64,000 nucleotides of DNA. It comes from Alloascoidea hylecoeti (lineage: Eukaryota). Shown in pieces: positions 1 to 12,062 of this stretch. Numbering within the stretch: the stretch's first letter is position 1; each line of letters begins with the position of its first letter. The translations under genes and the position numbers were made by a program. The stretch spans positions 558,001-622,000 of the forward strand of contig BCKZ01000008.1 of the NCBI GenBank assembly GCA_001600815.1. The letters run 5' to 3'. A model generated the notes under the pieces. That model did not search any database. It was not told the origin of the DNA and saw nothing but the letters and a program-made list of their open reading frames with translations.

Positions 1-834
1 TACCGTTATAATCACAATCATTTAAATTTTACCATAATATTGTTTACAATGAGCTTAAGCTTAAGACGGAATTTCAGCGATCAACATCAGCAGTAGCTGC
101 AAGTTGGGACGGACCAATGTTGGCACAAGAAAGAGTAATCATTTTCACACCCTAAAATTGTTCAACTGTATGAATTGAACTTGAAAAAAACATATACATT
201 ACTATGGAAGTTTATAATGTAGCATTTTATGTTGAATTGTGAGAGATTGTGTGCCTTTACCTATGAAACACCAGAAAAGAACAAGTGTCGTTATAGGAAC
301 CAATATGATAAATATATTTCAGAATTCAAATGAACATTGGTCTACTTAGGACTATTTAAGTGATATTGAATCAGGCCTTTCCCGAAGCATTACGAAAGGA
401 CCAAATGGACATTATCAAAACAACCAGAGAAGTATTATATGTACATCAATTCGGGATCTTATACGACCGATCACGAATGTTCCCTGGACTATCAATAGAG
501 GGTATGAAGCCAAGGATAAAAGCAACGTTATGTATGTTTGAAGTAACAATTCTATGATCTGGAATTACATCTACTCAGAAGCGCGTATATTTCAGACTGA
601 CTCAATCTTCATTATTTTGGTCAAACATTACTCATAAGTTATTATTAATTTATCTAGTCTGTATAAATTTAATACTCCTTTTTTTCTCTTACTTGTCTTC
701 TTCCATTCATCTCGCACATTCATTATTCATTCATCTTTTTTGAATTGATTGTGACCTTCGTGCCGAAATATTATTTCAATTTTTCAGTTGACACTTTTTT
801 TCATCTTTGGATCTCATTGCTTTAATCCCCAACA

Positions 835-3800
835 ATGTCTTTTCAAAATCCATTCAATACTTATTACTCAACACCTTTATCATCATCATCATCGATTGGA
901 CACAATGGATATGAAGTATCCCTTTCTTTTGTTTCCGGTATTCCGGACATCAATATTATCTCGGATTCACAACTAAGGGTATTATTCAGCAGGATGCTTA
1001 AGCGTGATATGACCACAAAAGAAAAGGCCTTAAAAGAATTAAAATCATTTCTTGATACAACTTCTGAATCGGAATCTAACCAGCGTTTTGATTCTTTGGT
1101 TTTAATACCCTGGATACAACTATACCCCAAGCTATCCCTAGAAGTGTCTAGAAATGTCCGTGTATTATCCCACGAAATTCAGGGCTTACTGTGTAAGATC
1201 AAAGGGAAAAAATTTAAAAGTTACTTAAAGGATTCGATCGGTTCTTGGATTGCTGGAACATACGATACCGACAATATTGTTTCAAAAGCTGCTTCTAACA
1301 GTTTGGATCAATGCTTCTCAACACCTCAAAAAAAGGACGGATTATTAATAGTGTTTCATACAGTATTATTACTATTTGTTGAAAATGCCATCTCTAATGA
1401 AACACAAACAACTTTGAGCGATGAAAGATATATCGGCAAACCTGAATCTGAAGCAAAACTTAATAGGTTGATGACTTCGGCCGTCTCTATATTTTCAAAA
1501 CTAGTAAAAGTACATTTGATAAAGGGCTCTAAGATAAATAGTGAACAGCATGAGCTTTATGCTAACATCATTCAATCCTCCAAGATTTGGGACTTTTTAG
1601 CTTCTTCTGATTCAAATCTTTCAAAAGCAACACTTGAACTTCTTAACTCATTATTAAATATACATGATTCAAACTTTTCTTTTATTGATCAAGTATTGGA
1701 GAAAATAGCAGCTATACTTTTACAAAAACGGTTAAAACTTTCCACATCAATCAAGATGGCTCCTATTGTTATCCCTACCTTAAAGTCTCTCTATGCTCTC
1801 GAGAAACGGTTACCTACCATATGGTCAATAACTTTACCTGGGAAGAAGAAGAACTCACCTGTTAAATGTTTTCTAGATTTTGTATCAATAGGTAGTTGCT
1901 ATGCGCGGTCAGATTACTGGATAAATTTGGATAGAGTACTGAATACGCTACCAAATGAAGATTTCGATAAATACTTGGATTCTCTGTGGAAAGGTGTAAC
2001 ATTAGAAAAATCTTCTATAGTAGAAGCTTATTCTGTCTATTTTTCTTTACTAACGAGGGCACTAGAATTTTCTTCTGATCACACTTTTATTGTAAATAGG
2101 TTACAAATAGCAGTTGAATTTGCCATAAAGTTACGGATACCAAGAAAATCAGAACTAGACAAACTGCTACATAAATTAGTGGATACAATTGATTTATTTT
2201 ACAAGAAGTTTACACCTGAAGTTATACAAATATGGAAATATTTATCACAACCTATTTTGAAATATTTTTCTACAATATCTAAAGCTGATTCAAATTATGA
2301 ATATACTTCACGATTTATTTATTTATCTAAACTTTTAGAATCAAAAGATGATAAATTTCATGAAACTATTTCAATCACAATCATCCCTATTATAGATCAG
2401 TCACTACAACCATCATCGTTCGAAACTTGTACTTCATTTACGCTACACACTATTAATAATTTATTAAAATATTTTCCCAAGTTAATAAGTTCTAAATATG
2501 TTGAATTGGATATTATGATTGTCAATTCTTTACCAAATCATTCAGATGTTAATAATTTTAAAGATGCTGTTTCTCTTTTGGAGACTTATTCATCGTTGAT
2601 AGAAGACGATGTACCAGCTGTTAGGGAATCAATAACTTCTCTTGTGACGAAATCTCATAAAGATGAAGAAAATTTTCGTGCGTATACGAAAATATTATTT
2701 AATATGAATATCAAAGAAGTTAAACTATCAAATATCTTGGAAGGATATTTTAGGATTCTTGGGTCTATTAGTTTGGCGGATCCTGAATCATCAAATGAAT
2801 TGTTAATAATTTCAGGCTTAACTAAAAATAACAACAATCTAGTTCAACAGAATGATATATCTTCCCTTCTAAATACATTATTCCTAACTTCAATTGCTGA
2901 TGAAACAGAGGATCTATTTTCAAAATTCTTCCTTACGATTAATATTGAGAATAATGGGGTTCATGATTTTATTTCTTCAGAGTCTGGTAATTCTTTTCTT
3001 TTATATTTATGGAAAAGCATACAAAATGGAGAGGAAGTAGAAAATCAAGTCATTGATGTCTTAACTAAAAACCCTAAACTTGGAAATAATAGTATTATTA
3101 ACATCGTTTTTCAATCATTGAAAGAATGTATAACTTCTGGAGCTACAGATAAAATTGATTTAATAGCTACAAAAACTTTGTCAATCTATAAAAACCTTGG
3201 TGAAGATAGTTCTGAATTATTGAAAACTATACTATTTTCAAAAAAAGAATGGGAATCTGTAATCAACACAGCACTTCAATCAAATCCAGATTCTTTACTT
3301 TGTATATCTAATCCATTAGAAGATGGATTCCTTTGTGCTATTAAAGAGAAATCAAATTTCAGTTTTGAAGATTCAATTAAATGTATTTTAATGGCAAGAT
3401 ATGTAATGAAATTATTAATATCTGATGATTCACTTTTCTTAAAAATTGATTTTCAATCTGATTTAATTGTGGCTTTTCAAATAATTGGTGAAATTGCAAA
3501 TAATTTTGGTTTTTTGGGAAGTAAAGATGAAAGTTCAACTACTGTACTTGACGAAATGTTAGATATTAAAAGTAATTCTTTGAAAATATTACATAATAAA
3601 TTATATCAAGTTGTTGATCTTAAGAGTATAATTTCTCTTATTGATGATAATATAATTGAAGATGGTATTGCAAGCCAAGTATTGAAATCATTAATTGAAC
3701 AAGCAAAGGAGAATAGTGGGTCTAAGTCAGCTTATAGCGCTATGGTTTTAAAAGGTGTTATTTCTGATTTTTCAGAAAATGAATCAGGAAAATCATTTGA

Positions 3801-5661
3801 AAATATTATTTCAAAGTGTAACTTACGAAAACTTACTAAATTTCCATTATTATTATCTTCTCTTATTTTGGGATTTCGAAAGTTTTTGAATTCTTCTATT
3901 ACACTTGATAGATTAAGAAATTATGTTGCTAGTGAGTTAATTGGTATTGAAGAAGAATCCATTACAACACGCGGTCTTGAATTTGTTACGCTCCTAAATC
4001 TACTATTGCCAGCTTCAACAAATGAAGGTGATCAATTTGGTGGTTTACCTGTTAACAGGCTACAAATGGTAGTATCTAAACTGAAGGATTTTACTGAATC
4101 GGCTAATGCATATGATCCTGGATTTACTGCTTTACGTGTATCGTTATGTCATCTTTTTTCTATTCTTGCTCAAATCCAAACAAATAAGAGCCCCAATTTC
4201 TGGGAAACAGCACTAGAACTATGTCAGAGCTCGATTGGATTATGTGCGATTGAAGACTCGGACGATGAATCACCAGTATCATTAACAACCCTAAGATATT
4301 TTGTTTTAAGATTATTTATTTCACTGCAGAAACAGGAGAAACAAGTCGATGAGTTAAATAAACTTTGGGAAGATGAGAGGGAATCTTTATATACAGAAAT
4401 ATTAGAGATTTTATTTGTATCTTCAAACAATACGGATACACATCCAGTTGGGTTAACCTTTGAATTGTTAGAACGAATATTTGAAAGTTTCCCTATAAAT
4501 TTTGCAATGGATGATTCAGTTAGTTCTCGTCTAATACCGTTATTAACATCCAAAAATATTATAGGGCAACGAATAGCTACTATTTTACTTCATGAAATAA
4601 TCCCCAAAAAACAAGAAGATTTGATTGTAAACTATGAGTTAAGGGCTCAGAAAAAACACATTGTAGAAGATGAGAGTGGTGACGAGATTGAAGACGATGA
4701 TGAGGAAATTCAGATTTCATTAGAATTGCAAAGTGTTATTATATCCCCAAAGACCACAGAGAAGTTTAGCTATTACTGGGCTTGGATTTTGGTGTTCGAC
4801 TATTTTGAAGGTATTACATATAACATGAGAAACATTTATCTAAATGATTTAAAGGCTGGAGGCCAGGTGGAAATTTTCTTGGATAATGTTTTTAATTATA
4901 TTCGAGATAAATCGCGTATCAGTAAAAAGTTATCTGCTGGCAATTTTCAAGATATAATCAGAAATTATAGCTTACAAGGAACATCTTTTGAAAACACCGA
5001 GGAGGAATTTGATATACTATGTGTTCATGTTTTATACTTGATGTTGAAGAATGCAAGTTCTATTTGTCAAACTTGGTATCTGGAAATAAAAGATCGTCAA
5101 TTTAGTCAGTTTGTTGGAAAATTTGTTGAAAGTTATATTTCTCCTTTGACTATTAAAGATGAAATAGATAGAGTTAAGGAATCTTTACAAAATTCTGGAA
5201 ATGATGCAGATGGTGAAATAACTGCAAGTATGGCTCTTCGTGAAGTGAAACTCAGTTATACAATTGATGAACAATTATTAGAAATGACTGTGAAAATTCC
5301 TACTATTTATCCATTATTAAGTGTTCAAGTTGAAGGCCCAAAAAGAGTAGGTGTGAGAGAGGCCTTATGGCGTTCATGGCTTCTTGCATCTCAAAGATTA
5401 ATAACATCTCGGAATGGTAATATAAGAGAATCTTTAGAATTATTTAAAAAGAATGTTACTCTTCATTTTTCTGGGTTTGAGGAGTGTGCGATTTGTTATG
5501 CCATTCTTGACCTTGATCATTCACTTCCTTCAAAGACTTGCCCAACGTGCTCTAATAAATTCCATTCAGGGTGTCTTTATAAGTGGTTCAAGAGCTCTGA
5601 TTCTAATAAATGTCCTTTATGTCGGTCTGCCATTAAATTTAGAGTTGGGGTTGGTAAATAA
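835..5661 (+). CDS. RKR1: E3 ubiquitin ligase listerin (ribosome quality control)
   Basis: 1608-aa ORF with N-terminal KRD.TTKEKAL listerin motif, RWD-like region and C-terminal RING (CAICY...CPTCSNKFHSGCLYKWF...CPLCR). Confidence 0.96.
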   Translation: MSFQNPFNTYYSTPLSSSSSIGHNGYEVSLSFVSGIPDINIISDSQLRVLFSRMLKRDMTTKEKALKELKSFLDTTSESESNQRFDSLVLIPWIQLYPKLSLEVSRNVRVLSHEIQGLLCKIKGKKFKSYLKDSIGSWIAGTYDTDNIVSKAASNSLDQCFSTPQKKDGLLIVFHTVLLLFVENAISNETQTTLSDERYIGKPESEAKLNRLMTSAVSIFSKLVKVHLIKGSKINSEQHELYANIIQSSKIWDFLASSDSNLSKATLELLNSLLNIHDSNFSFIDQVLEKIAAILLQKRLKLSTSIKMAPIVIPTLKSLYALEKRLPTIWSITLPGKKKNSPVKCFLDFVSIGSCYARSDYWINLDRVLNTLPNEDFDKYLDSLWKGVTLEKSSIVEAYSVYFSLLTRALEFSSDHTFIVNRLQIAVEFAIKLRIPRKSELDKLLHKLVDTIDLFYKKFTPEVIQIWKYLSQPILKYFSTISKADSNYEYTSRFIYLSKLLESKDDKFHETISITIIPIIDQSLQPSSFETCTSFTLHTINNLLKYFPKLISSKYVELDIMIVNSLPNHSDVNNFKDAVSLLETYSSLIEDDVPAVRESITSLVTKSHKDEENFRAYTKILFNMNIKEVKLSNILEGYFRILGSISLADPESSNELLIISGLTKNNNNLVQQNDISSLLNTLFLTSIADETEDLFSKFFLTINIENNGVHDFISSESGNSFLLYLWKSIQNGEEVENQVIDVLTKNPKLGNNSIINIVFQSLKECITSGATDKIDLIATKTLSIYKNLGEDSSELLKTILFSKKEWESVINTALQSNPDSLLCISNPLEDGFLCAIKEKSNFSFEDSIKCILMARYVMKLLISDDSLFLKIDFQSDLIVAFQIIGEIANNFGFLGSKDESSTTVLDEMLDIKSNSLKILHNKLYQVVDLKSIISLIDDNIIEDGIASQVLKSLIEQAKENSGSKSAYSAMVLKGVISDFSENESGKSFENIISKCNLRKLTKFPLLLSSLILGFRKFLNSSITLDRLRNYVASELIGIEEESITTRGLEFVTLLNLLLPASTNEGDQFGGLPVNRLQMVVSKLKDFTESANAYDPGFTALRVSLCHLFSILAQIQTNKSPNFWETALELCQSSIGLCAIEDSDDESPVSLTTLRYFVLRLFISLQKQEKQVDELNKLWEDERESLYTEILEILFVSSNNTDTHPVGLTFELLERIFESFPINFAMDDSVSSRLIPLLTSKNIIGQRIATILLHEIIPKKQEDLIVNYELRAQKKHIVEDESGDEIEDDDEEIQISLELQSVIISPKTTEKFSYYWAWILVFDYFEGITYNMRNIYLNDLKAGGQVEIFLDNVFNYIRDKSRISKKLSAGNFQDIIRNYSLQGTSFENTEEEFDILCVHVLYLMLKNASSICQTWYLEIKDRQFSQFVGKFVESYISPLTIKDEIDRVKESLQNSGNDADGEITASMALREVKLSYTIDEQLLEMTVKIPTIYPLLSVQVEGPKRVGVREALWRSWLLASQRLITSRNGNIRESLELFKKNVTLHFSGFEECAICYAILDLDHSLPSKTCPTCSNKFHSGCLYKWFKSSDSNKCPLCRSAIKFRVGVGK

Positions 5662-6729
5662 AAGGTATATTAATGCTATTGATAGGAGCATCTTTTGTTA
5701 TTTTAGCCATCTCGTTGTATATTGCAATACTATACATTTGACCATATAGCTAGAGGTTATAAGCTACCGAAGCTTGTTTAAGAAAGTTCGTTGATAAAAA
5801 GGATCCGGAGGATAGACGAAATAGATGAAGATATCAGGGGATATATGGACAGTAAATATTATATAAGGAACTCAATAAGTAAATTATTTTATTAATATAT
5901 GCTGTTGGAATTCAAATAACCTTATACCGTGTTTGTCTCTATTTGACTCACCTCCACTTTGTGAAGACTTAATTGGGTATGTAGTATAATTGTACTAACA
6001 GAATAGAATTCAGCATATAAAAGCTTTTGGCACAGATGAAATCTTTAATCTTCAGCAATTTTTCTGTTGGAACTAAGAACGGAGCTAATTATTTCTCATA
6101 TACAATGTATTTATGGCTAAATTTCGCACATAGCACTACATAACTTACTAATTATTTATTTAAACTGATCACTGAATAATTCCATACACGCGTGAATTAG
6201 CATAATGCCAACTTGTGACCAATTACACATGGCAAATATGCATATGCATATGATAAATTAGAGACCTTTACTATAGCTATAGTATGACACGACCACGACA
6301 TTAAAAGTTAGATGGCTATTATGGTTTATGTATGAATATATAGTTAAGCTCATAAATGGTAAGTAACTATGGGGATACAATCCGATACATATATTTATAT
6401 TACTAATATGAAAGCCCCAAAATTCAATACATGATTGGGATGGAATTTAAAATGTAATACAATAAGAAAACTTTTATATAGATAGAATTAAGTTATAAAC
6501 TATAAGCTTATTTTATATTGATTAATTATGTTGTAATATCGATGTCTGAGATCGAAAATGGAAGAATATAATCAAATATTGAAAGAGATCATTTGCCAGT
6601 GAAATGATATAATAAAAGAGATAAGAATAACAACCGCAAAAGTGTCGAAAGAATAAATATAAATATACACACAATTGATCCACTTTTTTTTTCCGTTAGA
6701 ATATTCAAAACAGTCAATTGCAATAAGTT

Positions 6730-8064
6730 ATGAAGTTAGAAATGAAAATAAATATCATATTAGCAACTGCTCTCAGTTCAGTTGTAAGCGTTTTGGGTGA
6801 AGTTTATCATGTTGATATTCAGAATAATATTGCTAAAACTACTGGCAGATTTACAGATATTTCTCATTGGGTTACCTATTTGGATAATGTTAGTAAATTT
6901 TCTACATTAAAATTCACGTCTCCAGAGGACTATGATGATGAAGACTATGAACTATTGGATTCCATTAATAGCTTGACAGATGACGAAATAGATGCTGCTT
7001 TAGATTCTTACAATTCAGATACAACTGCAGCTGCCAGTGTATCGACTTTTTTATTTGATGTTCTAAACGGTTATTACTTTACTACTATTACTCTTGGTAC
7101 TCCTCCACAAACTTTCAGAGTTATATTGGACACGGGATCTGCTAATTTGTGGGTCCCAGGAAAAACATGTAATTCGACGGCTTGTAAAATTCATAACAAA
7201 TATGACAAGGATCAATCCTCTACCTATAGGGAGAATGGAACAAACTTTTCCATAGAATATGGAAGTGGTTCATTACAAGGTATTACTGATCAGGATGTAT
7301 TAACTCTTGCTGGATTGACCATTCCAAATCAAGTATTTGTTGAATCTGTTGTGGAACCTGGTATTAGTTTTATTTTAACATTGTTCGATGGTATTCTTGG
7401 TCTTGCTTATGATGGTGCTTCAAAAAATGGTATTGTTCCTCCACTTTATAATGCCTTTAATCAAGGTTTGATTCCTGAAAAGAAATTTGCGTTCGCTCTT
7501 GGTGATGTTAATACACAAGGACTTTGCTCTATTGGTAGTTTTACATTTGGAGGTTATGACCCAAGTAAGTTTACAGGAGATCTAGTTGAAATTCCTATTG
7601 ATAAACTTTCGAGTCCTTACTTTCAAGCCAAATATTTTTATTGGCAAATCGGACTTGAAGGTCTTAGCGTCCCCGGAAATATTTATGATTTCTCTGCTAA
7701 ACCATTAGCCGCTATTGTTGACACTGGAACTTCAGCACTGATTTTACCAGTTGATGTAGCCATTCCTCTTATGGAAGGCCTTGGTTTTGTAGCCTACAAT
7801 GTGTCTGGTACGCTATCATCTATTTATTCTATTAGTCTCTACAAGCTTTCATCTTTGCCAGATATAACTCTTAAATTGGGCGGCAAGTTATTCACTATAA
7901 AACCAGAGAGCTATACCTTGTGTGAACAAGGTGAATGTATTTCTTTGATTACGCCTGCACCAACTAAAATTAAATTTGCTATTCTTGGTGATGTTTTTCT
8001 CCGTGGTTATTATTCAATTTATGATGTGGAGAAGAATACTGTTAGTTTTGGAACGAGGGCTTGA
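6730..8064 (+). CDS. Pepsin-family (A1) aspartic protease, PEP4-like, with signal peptide
   Basis: Two catalytic DTG motifs (VILDTGSANLWVP, IVDTGTS), YGSGS flap, FDGILGLAY, ILGDVFLR and hydrophobic N-terminus; true start may be the second Met at 6742. Confidence 0.92.
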   Translation: MKLEMKINIILATALSSVVSVLGEVYHVDIQNNIAKTTGRFTDISHWVTYLDNVSKFSTLKFTSPEDYDDEDYELLDSINSLTDDEIDAALDSYNSDTTAAASVSTFLFDVLNGYYFTTITLGTPPQTFRVILDTGSANLWVPGKTCNSTACKIHNKYDKDQSSTYRENGTNFSIEYGSGSLQGITDQDVLTLAGLTIPNQVFVESVVEPGISFILTLFDGILGLAYDGASKNGIVPPLYNAFNQGLIPEKKFAFALGDVNTQGLCSIGSFTFGGYDPSKFTGDLVEIPIDKLSSPYFQAKYFYWQIGLEGLSVPGNIYDFSAKPLAAIVDTGTSALILPVDVAIPLMEGLGFVAYNVSGTLSSIYSISLYKLSSLPDITLKLGGKLFTIKPESYTLCEQGECISLITPAPTKIKFAILGDVFLRGYYSIYDVEKNTVSFGTRA

Positions 8065-9539
8065 ACAGTGTGATACTCAATTGAGTTTCATATTTACATA
8101 ATCAGGATAATATTGATATGGTCCATCTATATTTAATTATTAATATTTTGTGTTTCTATGTAAGTTTTCCGATATGATTTTGTTTTGGTTTACAAAGCGG
8201 AAGACAGTGGTAATTAATTAAATATTTTATCAAGAAGATCTCGAAGTTAATTTAATGTGAATTCTTATCATAAACTAGAACTCTTATTCAACGGTGTTAG
8301 TAGCCTATTTCGGATGGGATAGTGATAAATTAACCCGTACGGTACCTTTACTTGTGGTAAAGTATTTTATGTTTTCACAGGTACCGTTCTATAGTTCCAC
8401 CAACATTCTATCGTCACTTGTAATGAGCTTTCTAATAGTTTTAAATATGGGATATGATCCTATTATCTCAATCATGCTTCTATCCTATTTATAAATGAAT
8501 GTGTCTTCAGAAATCCGAGAAGTTCACCTTTATATAATGAGTGTGTAGGGACTTTTGTTGTCTTAAGTATGCATGCATGATTGCATATACTTAAAATACT
8601 ATTACAGGAATAATAACTTGCATAATGTTACTGTATGTGTACCCGCATAAAACAATGGGCTCGGGCACCCCGAAATTACAGCCGGGTGACTTTTTTTCTG
8701 CCCCACCAGAATCCGAAATAGGGACGTCCGAAATTGAGGGATACACGTCATGGGGCTGCTGCCATGAAGGAATTTGTGAGAACAAATACAATTGCAATTG
8801 AAAGCACCCCAAAAAACGTGTATCTCCTCCCTGATCGTTTACATATGTTTGTATAGTTAGGTAACTCTGTTTTTTTTTAACAACATCAAACGCGATAACC
8901 CTCATTCCAGTAAAAATACAATAATTATATAATCATTTCGAATCAATATAACGATCGTTTATGTAGATCGGGAATTTGAGGGTTAAAGTTTGAGACATCG
9001 ACATCCATAAATGTATAAGTTGATGACTATAATATTGGGCATGATAAGGCCTTATATAGCGTAAATACTTCAAATTCTATAATACTCTGTCATCCACACT
9101 AGTGATACAATTATACATAATCAATTGCAACGGTGAATACCAAAGAAGATAGTTGCAAACTATAAAACAGGAGTCGATGAAAAAAAAAACGAAATCTAAA
9201 AGAAAGATTAGAACGGAATCACGGATTGCCAAACTTTCATATCATTATTGAAACCTAATTAAAAATATAGTATAAGTTGCAAATTTAATCCGTAGCTTCG
9301 CAGATTAATCCAATACCTTTTCAAGTTATAATATGGGAGTTAATTATCAATTGCAATACCAACCTACCATTATGTTATCTAGTATCTATATTATATCTTA
9401 CAAGAGCTTTAAATTTATGATATGGTATTATGGAAGTAATTTCTTACAAATTAGAAGTTGTTATTACACAAACATTTGTTTTTAATTTTTCGGTAATATT
9501 ATTTATTAAATGAAATATGAAATATGATCCAGTTAAAAT

Positions 9540-10622
9540 TTAAATATCAAGGTTTGTATCATTCTGATAATCATCATAAACCTCTTCCCAATTATTTTCA
9601 TGTTCAACAAACCCGGTTGCTTTTGCCATTTCGAAAGGAGAATTAAAATCTCCTTCAGTCTTATCATTTGGATTAAAATGTATTAATGGATCTTCTAAAG
9701 CTTTTGACATTGTATTTGATTCTCTCTGTTTTCCATTGGAAGATGTTTCAATATTATCATTTATATTTGTACCATCAGTATAAACTAATTTTGAACCTTC
9801 TTTATTCATTAAAACCTCCTTATTTGCAATCTGTTTCATAAGTGATAAGAAATTACTTTGTTGGAATTTTTCAGATTTATCAGATGATAGGTTGTGAGCT
9901 ATTTGTTTTGCAACCTGAGAAAACTGTTCAGTGTCTTCGTGAAACTCATCCTGAGGTTGTTCTTGTTGTAGATCTTGAGGTTGTTCTATATGCTGTTCAG
10001 AAAGTTTGATAGATGCTTCAACATTACTGAAGGCCTGCTCAAAGATGTCATTTGATATGTGCTGAGGTTGTTGAGACTGTTGTTGTTGAGACTGTTGTTG
10101 TTGATAGATTGAATTAGTCATGTTTTGACTTATCATGGATCTATTCATCATATAAGGTTGCTGAAAAGTAGAATATGGCTGATTTTGTTGAATACCAGAC
10201 GATTGTGAGAATTCTGATTTCCATCCAGGAGCAACCTGTTGTTGATTCTGTTGATTCTGTGAAAACTGCTGTTGAGATGTGCCACTGATAGACAGGTTAG
10301 AGAAATCATTTGCCCAGTTTTGTTGTTGTTGCTGCTGCTGCTGCTGCTGCCGCTGCTGTTGATTCTGCCGTTGGCCCATAGTCATAGTCATATACGAAGC
10401 ATCATCAAAGACCCCATTCATATGGTGTTGGTGTTGGTGTTGGTGTTGTTGAAAGTTGGTAAAATCAGCTTCCAGCCGTTGATCAAGAACCGCATTGTTG
10501 TGTCTGAAATTGGAGCCCGGTCGTTGTTGCTGAGAGCCGGAGGCTGCTTCCTGCTGCAACGATCTATCCGACGACGTGTGTTTTTGGAGGTTTTGTAACG
10601 GATTTGATGGACCACACGACAT
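9540..10622 (-). CDS. PEX20: PTS2 co-receptor peroxin Pex20
   Basis: Starts MSCGPSNPLQNLQKH (conserved Cys, Yarrowia Pex20-like); WANDF and WKSEF WxxxF motifs; Pex7-binding-like KFQQSNFLSLMKQI; no TPR domain; ATG at 10622. Confidence 0.88.
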   Translation of the reverse strand: MSCGPSNPLQNLQKHTSSDRSLQQEAASGSQQQRPGSNFRHNNAVLDQRLEADFTNFQQHQHQHQHHMNGVFDDASYMTMTMGQRQNQQQRQQQQQQQQQQNWANDFSNLSISGTSQQQFSQNQQNQQQVAPGWKSEFSQSSGIQQNQPYSTFQQPYMMNRSMISQNMTNSIYQQQQSQQQQSQQPQHISNDIFEQAFSNVEASIKLSEQHIEQPQDLQQEQPQDEFHEDTEQFSQVAKQIAHNLSSDKSEKFQQSNFLSLMKQIANKEVLMNKEGSKLVYTDGTNINDNIETSSNGKQRESNTMSKALEDPLIHFNPNDKTEGDFNSPFEMAKATGFVEHENNWEEVYDDYQNDTNLDI

Positions 10623-10830
10623 TACCAATGCAAGTTGAGTCTCCAAAAATGGGAAAATGTCCTGTGAAAGTGCACGTGATCTGAGCATTGTCCGGAAGTA
10701 TATCTTCAAAAGTTCCGTAACAGAAGTACCAATATATTATTTGGAAATGTATAAATATTGCTTGTTTAAATACTCCAAACCTCCTTATAAATATATACCC
10801 CACAATTCATAATTATAATTCTTCACTGCT

Positions 10831-11903
10831 ATGTACAGACTTACCCACAAATCTTCCATGTCTCCGAGTCCATTAACCTCCTCTCCCATGACCAGTCTTA
10901 ATTTCCCCGTGCAGTCGGGCTCAAGTCCGTCGAGCCCATTTCTAAACAAGGTCATAAATGCAAAATACCTCGAAAATAAATACCAAAAAATGATGCGGTC
11001 CCATAGAAAATTGTTAAAACAACAACAAGACTTTTGTAGAGATTTGCATCGATGGGGTGAAATCTTACCGCTACGTGGGGCCGATGTGATACGTTTAATT
11101 GCTTGTGCTTTAGAAGGTTTGTGTTATTATATTAATTTTTTGTTGCCATTTACTTTGTTACTCATATTTGCTTTCTGATACCATTAGAACAACAGAAAAT
11201 TGAACTCAACTTGCTTGATAAAAGAGAAGAAATTGAACGTCAACTACACGCTGTTGAGTTGCGAGAAAAACGCTTCACTGCTTTACAATCACAAAAGAAT
11301 CGCATATTTAAAAAACTTTTACAAACAAAGAAGAAGAGTTATTCTTTAGAAACCAATACTTATAATTCATCAACAGCAAATGTTTCATCATCATTAACTA
11401 TTGAAAAGGAAAACTTGGAACAAATTGAAAAATCATTAGAAGTTGTTGAAGAACAATTATTAAGAAGTGTAATTGTTGATTTACATTCTTCTTTTAGAGA
11501 ATTATTTATTGCTTTTAATACTTGTCAACAGTCACAAAATGGAAGTTTTAGTCATTTAACTGAAAATATGAATTCTTCTGATAGTATTCAAAATAGTATT
11601 CAAAATAATCGTTTTAATGATCAAGACAATATAAACTATAACATCAATCATAATGATTCAGAAAATGATGCCAATTATATTAAATTAAATGACACAAATT
11701 CATATTCTTCAACTGGTGATAGACGCTCCATAAAACCTATAAATCCAAGTCCTAGTATTTTCAATACTACAAATACACAAGTACAAAAATCTGCTATTAC
11801 TGGTCTAATTCGTCCACGGTCAATGTCTGCTATATATAATAGTAATAAATATGATGAGACAAATTCACAAATGGTATGGGATGATAATATTAATGTAATC
11901 TAA
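10831..11903 (+). CDS. Ssp1/Meu14-like (Pil1-type BAR fold) sporulation protein, 2 exons
   Basis: Intron 11117-11187 (GTTTGT...CTGAT...TAG) joins the two ORFs in frame; helical Pil1/Meu14-like pattern (LHRWGE...LHAVELREKRF); lies next to MTM1 and KOG1 as SSP1 does in the S. cerevisiae lineage (recalled). Confidence 0.55.
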
Positions 11904-12062
11904 ATATATCTATATATATAACAGAATAAAAAAATTCAATATCAGTATAATTTCAATGAACGTTTTTATATACAATGAAGTAAAGTGAAGTGAATAAATA
12001 AACAAATATTAATAAATAAGAAACGAAGACAGTTGGAAATCGCTGTACAGAGTGTATTATAA

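Noticed and set aside
360..557. 65-aa ORF and other open frames at the window start
   Set aside because: GTG start and no recognisable motif; may be a relic but cannot be supported
10272..10598. Leu-rich antisense ORF
   Set aside because: Shadow of the CAG/CAA poly-Gln repeats of PEX20
10623..10709. N-terminal extension of PEX20 shown in the ORF track
   Set aside because: Begins at TTG; family similarity starts at MSCGPSN (10622)
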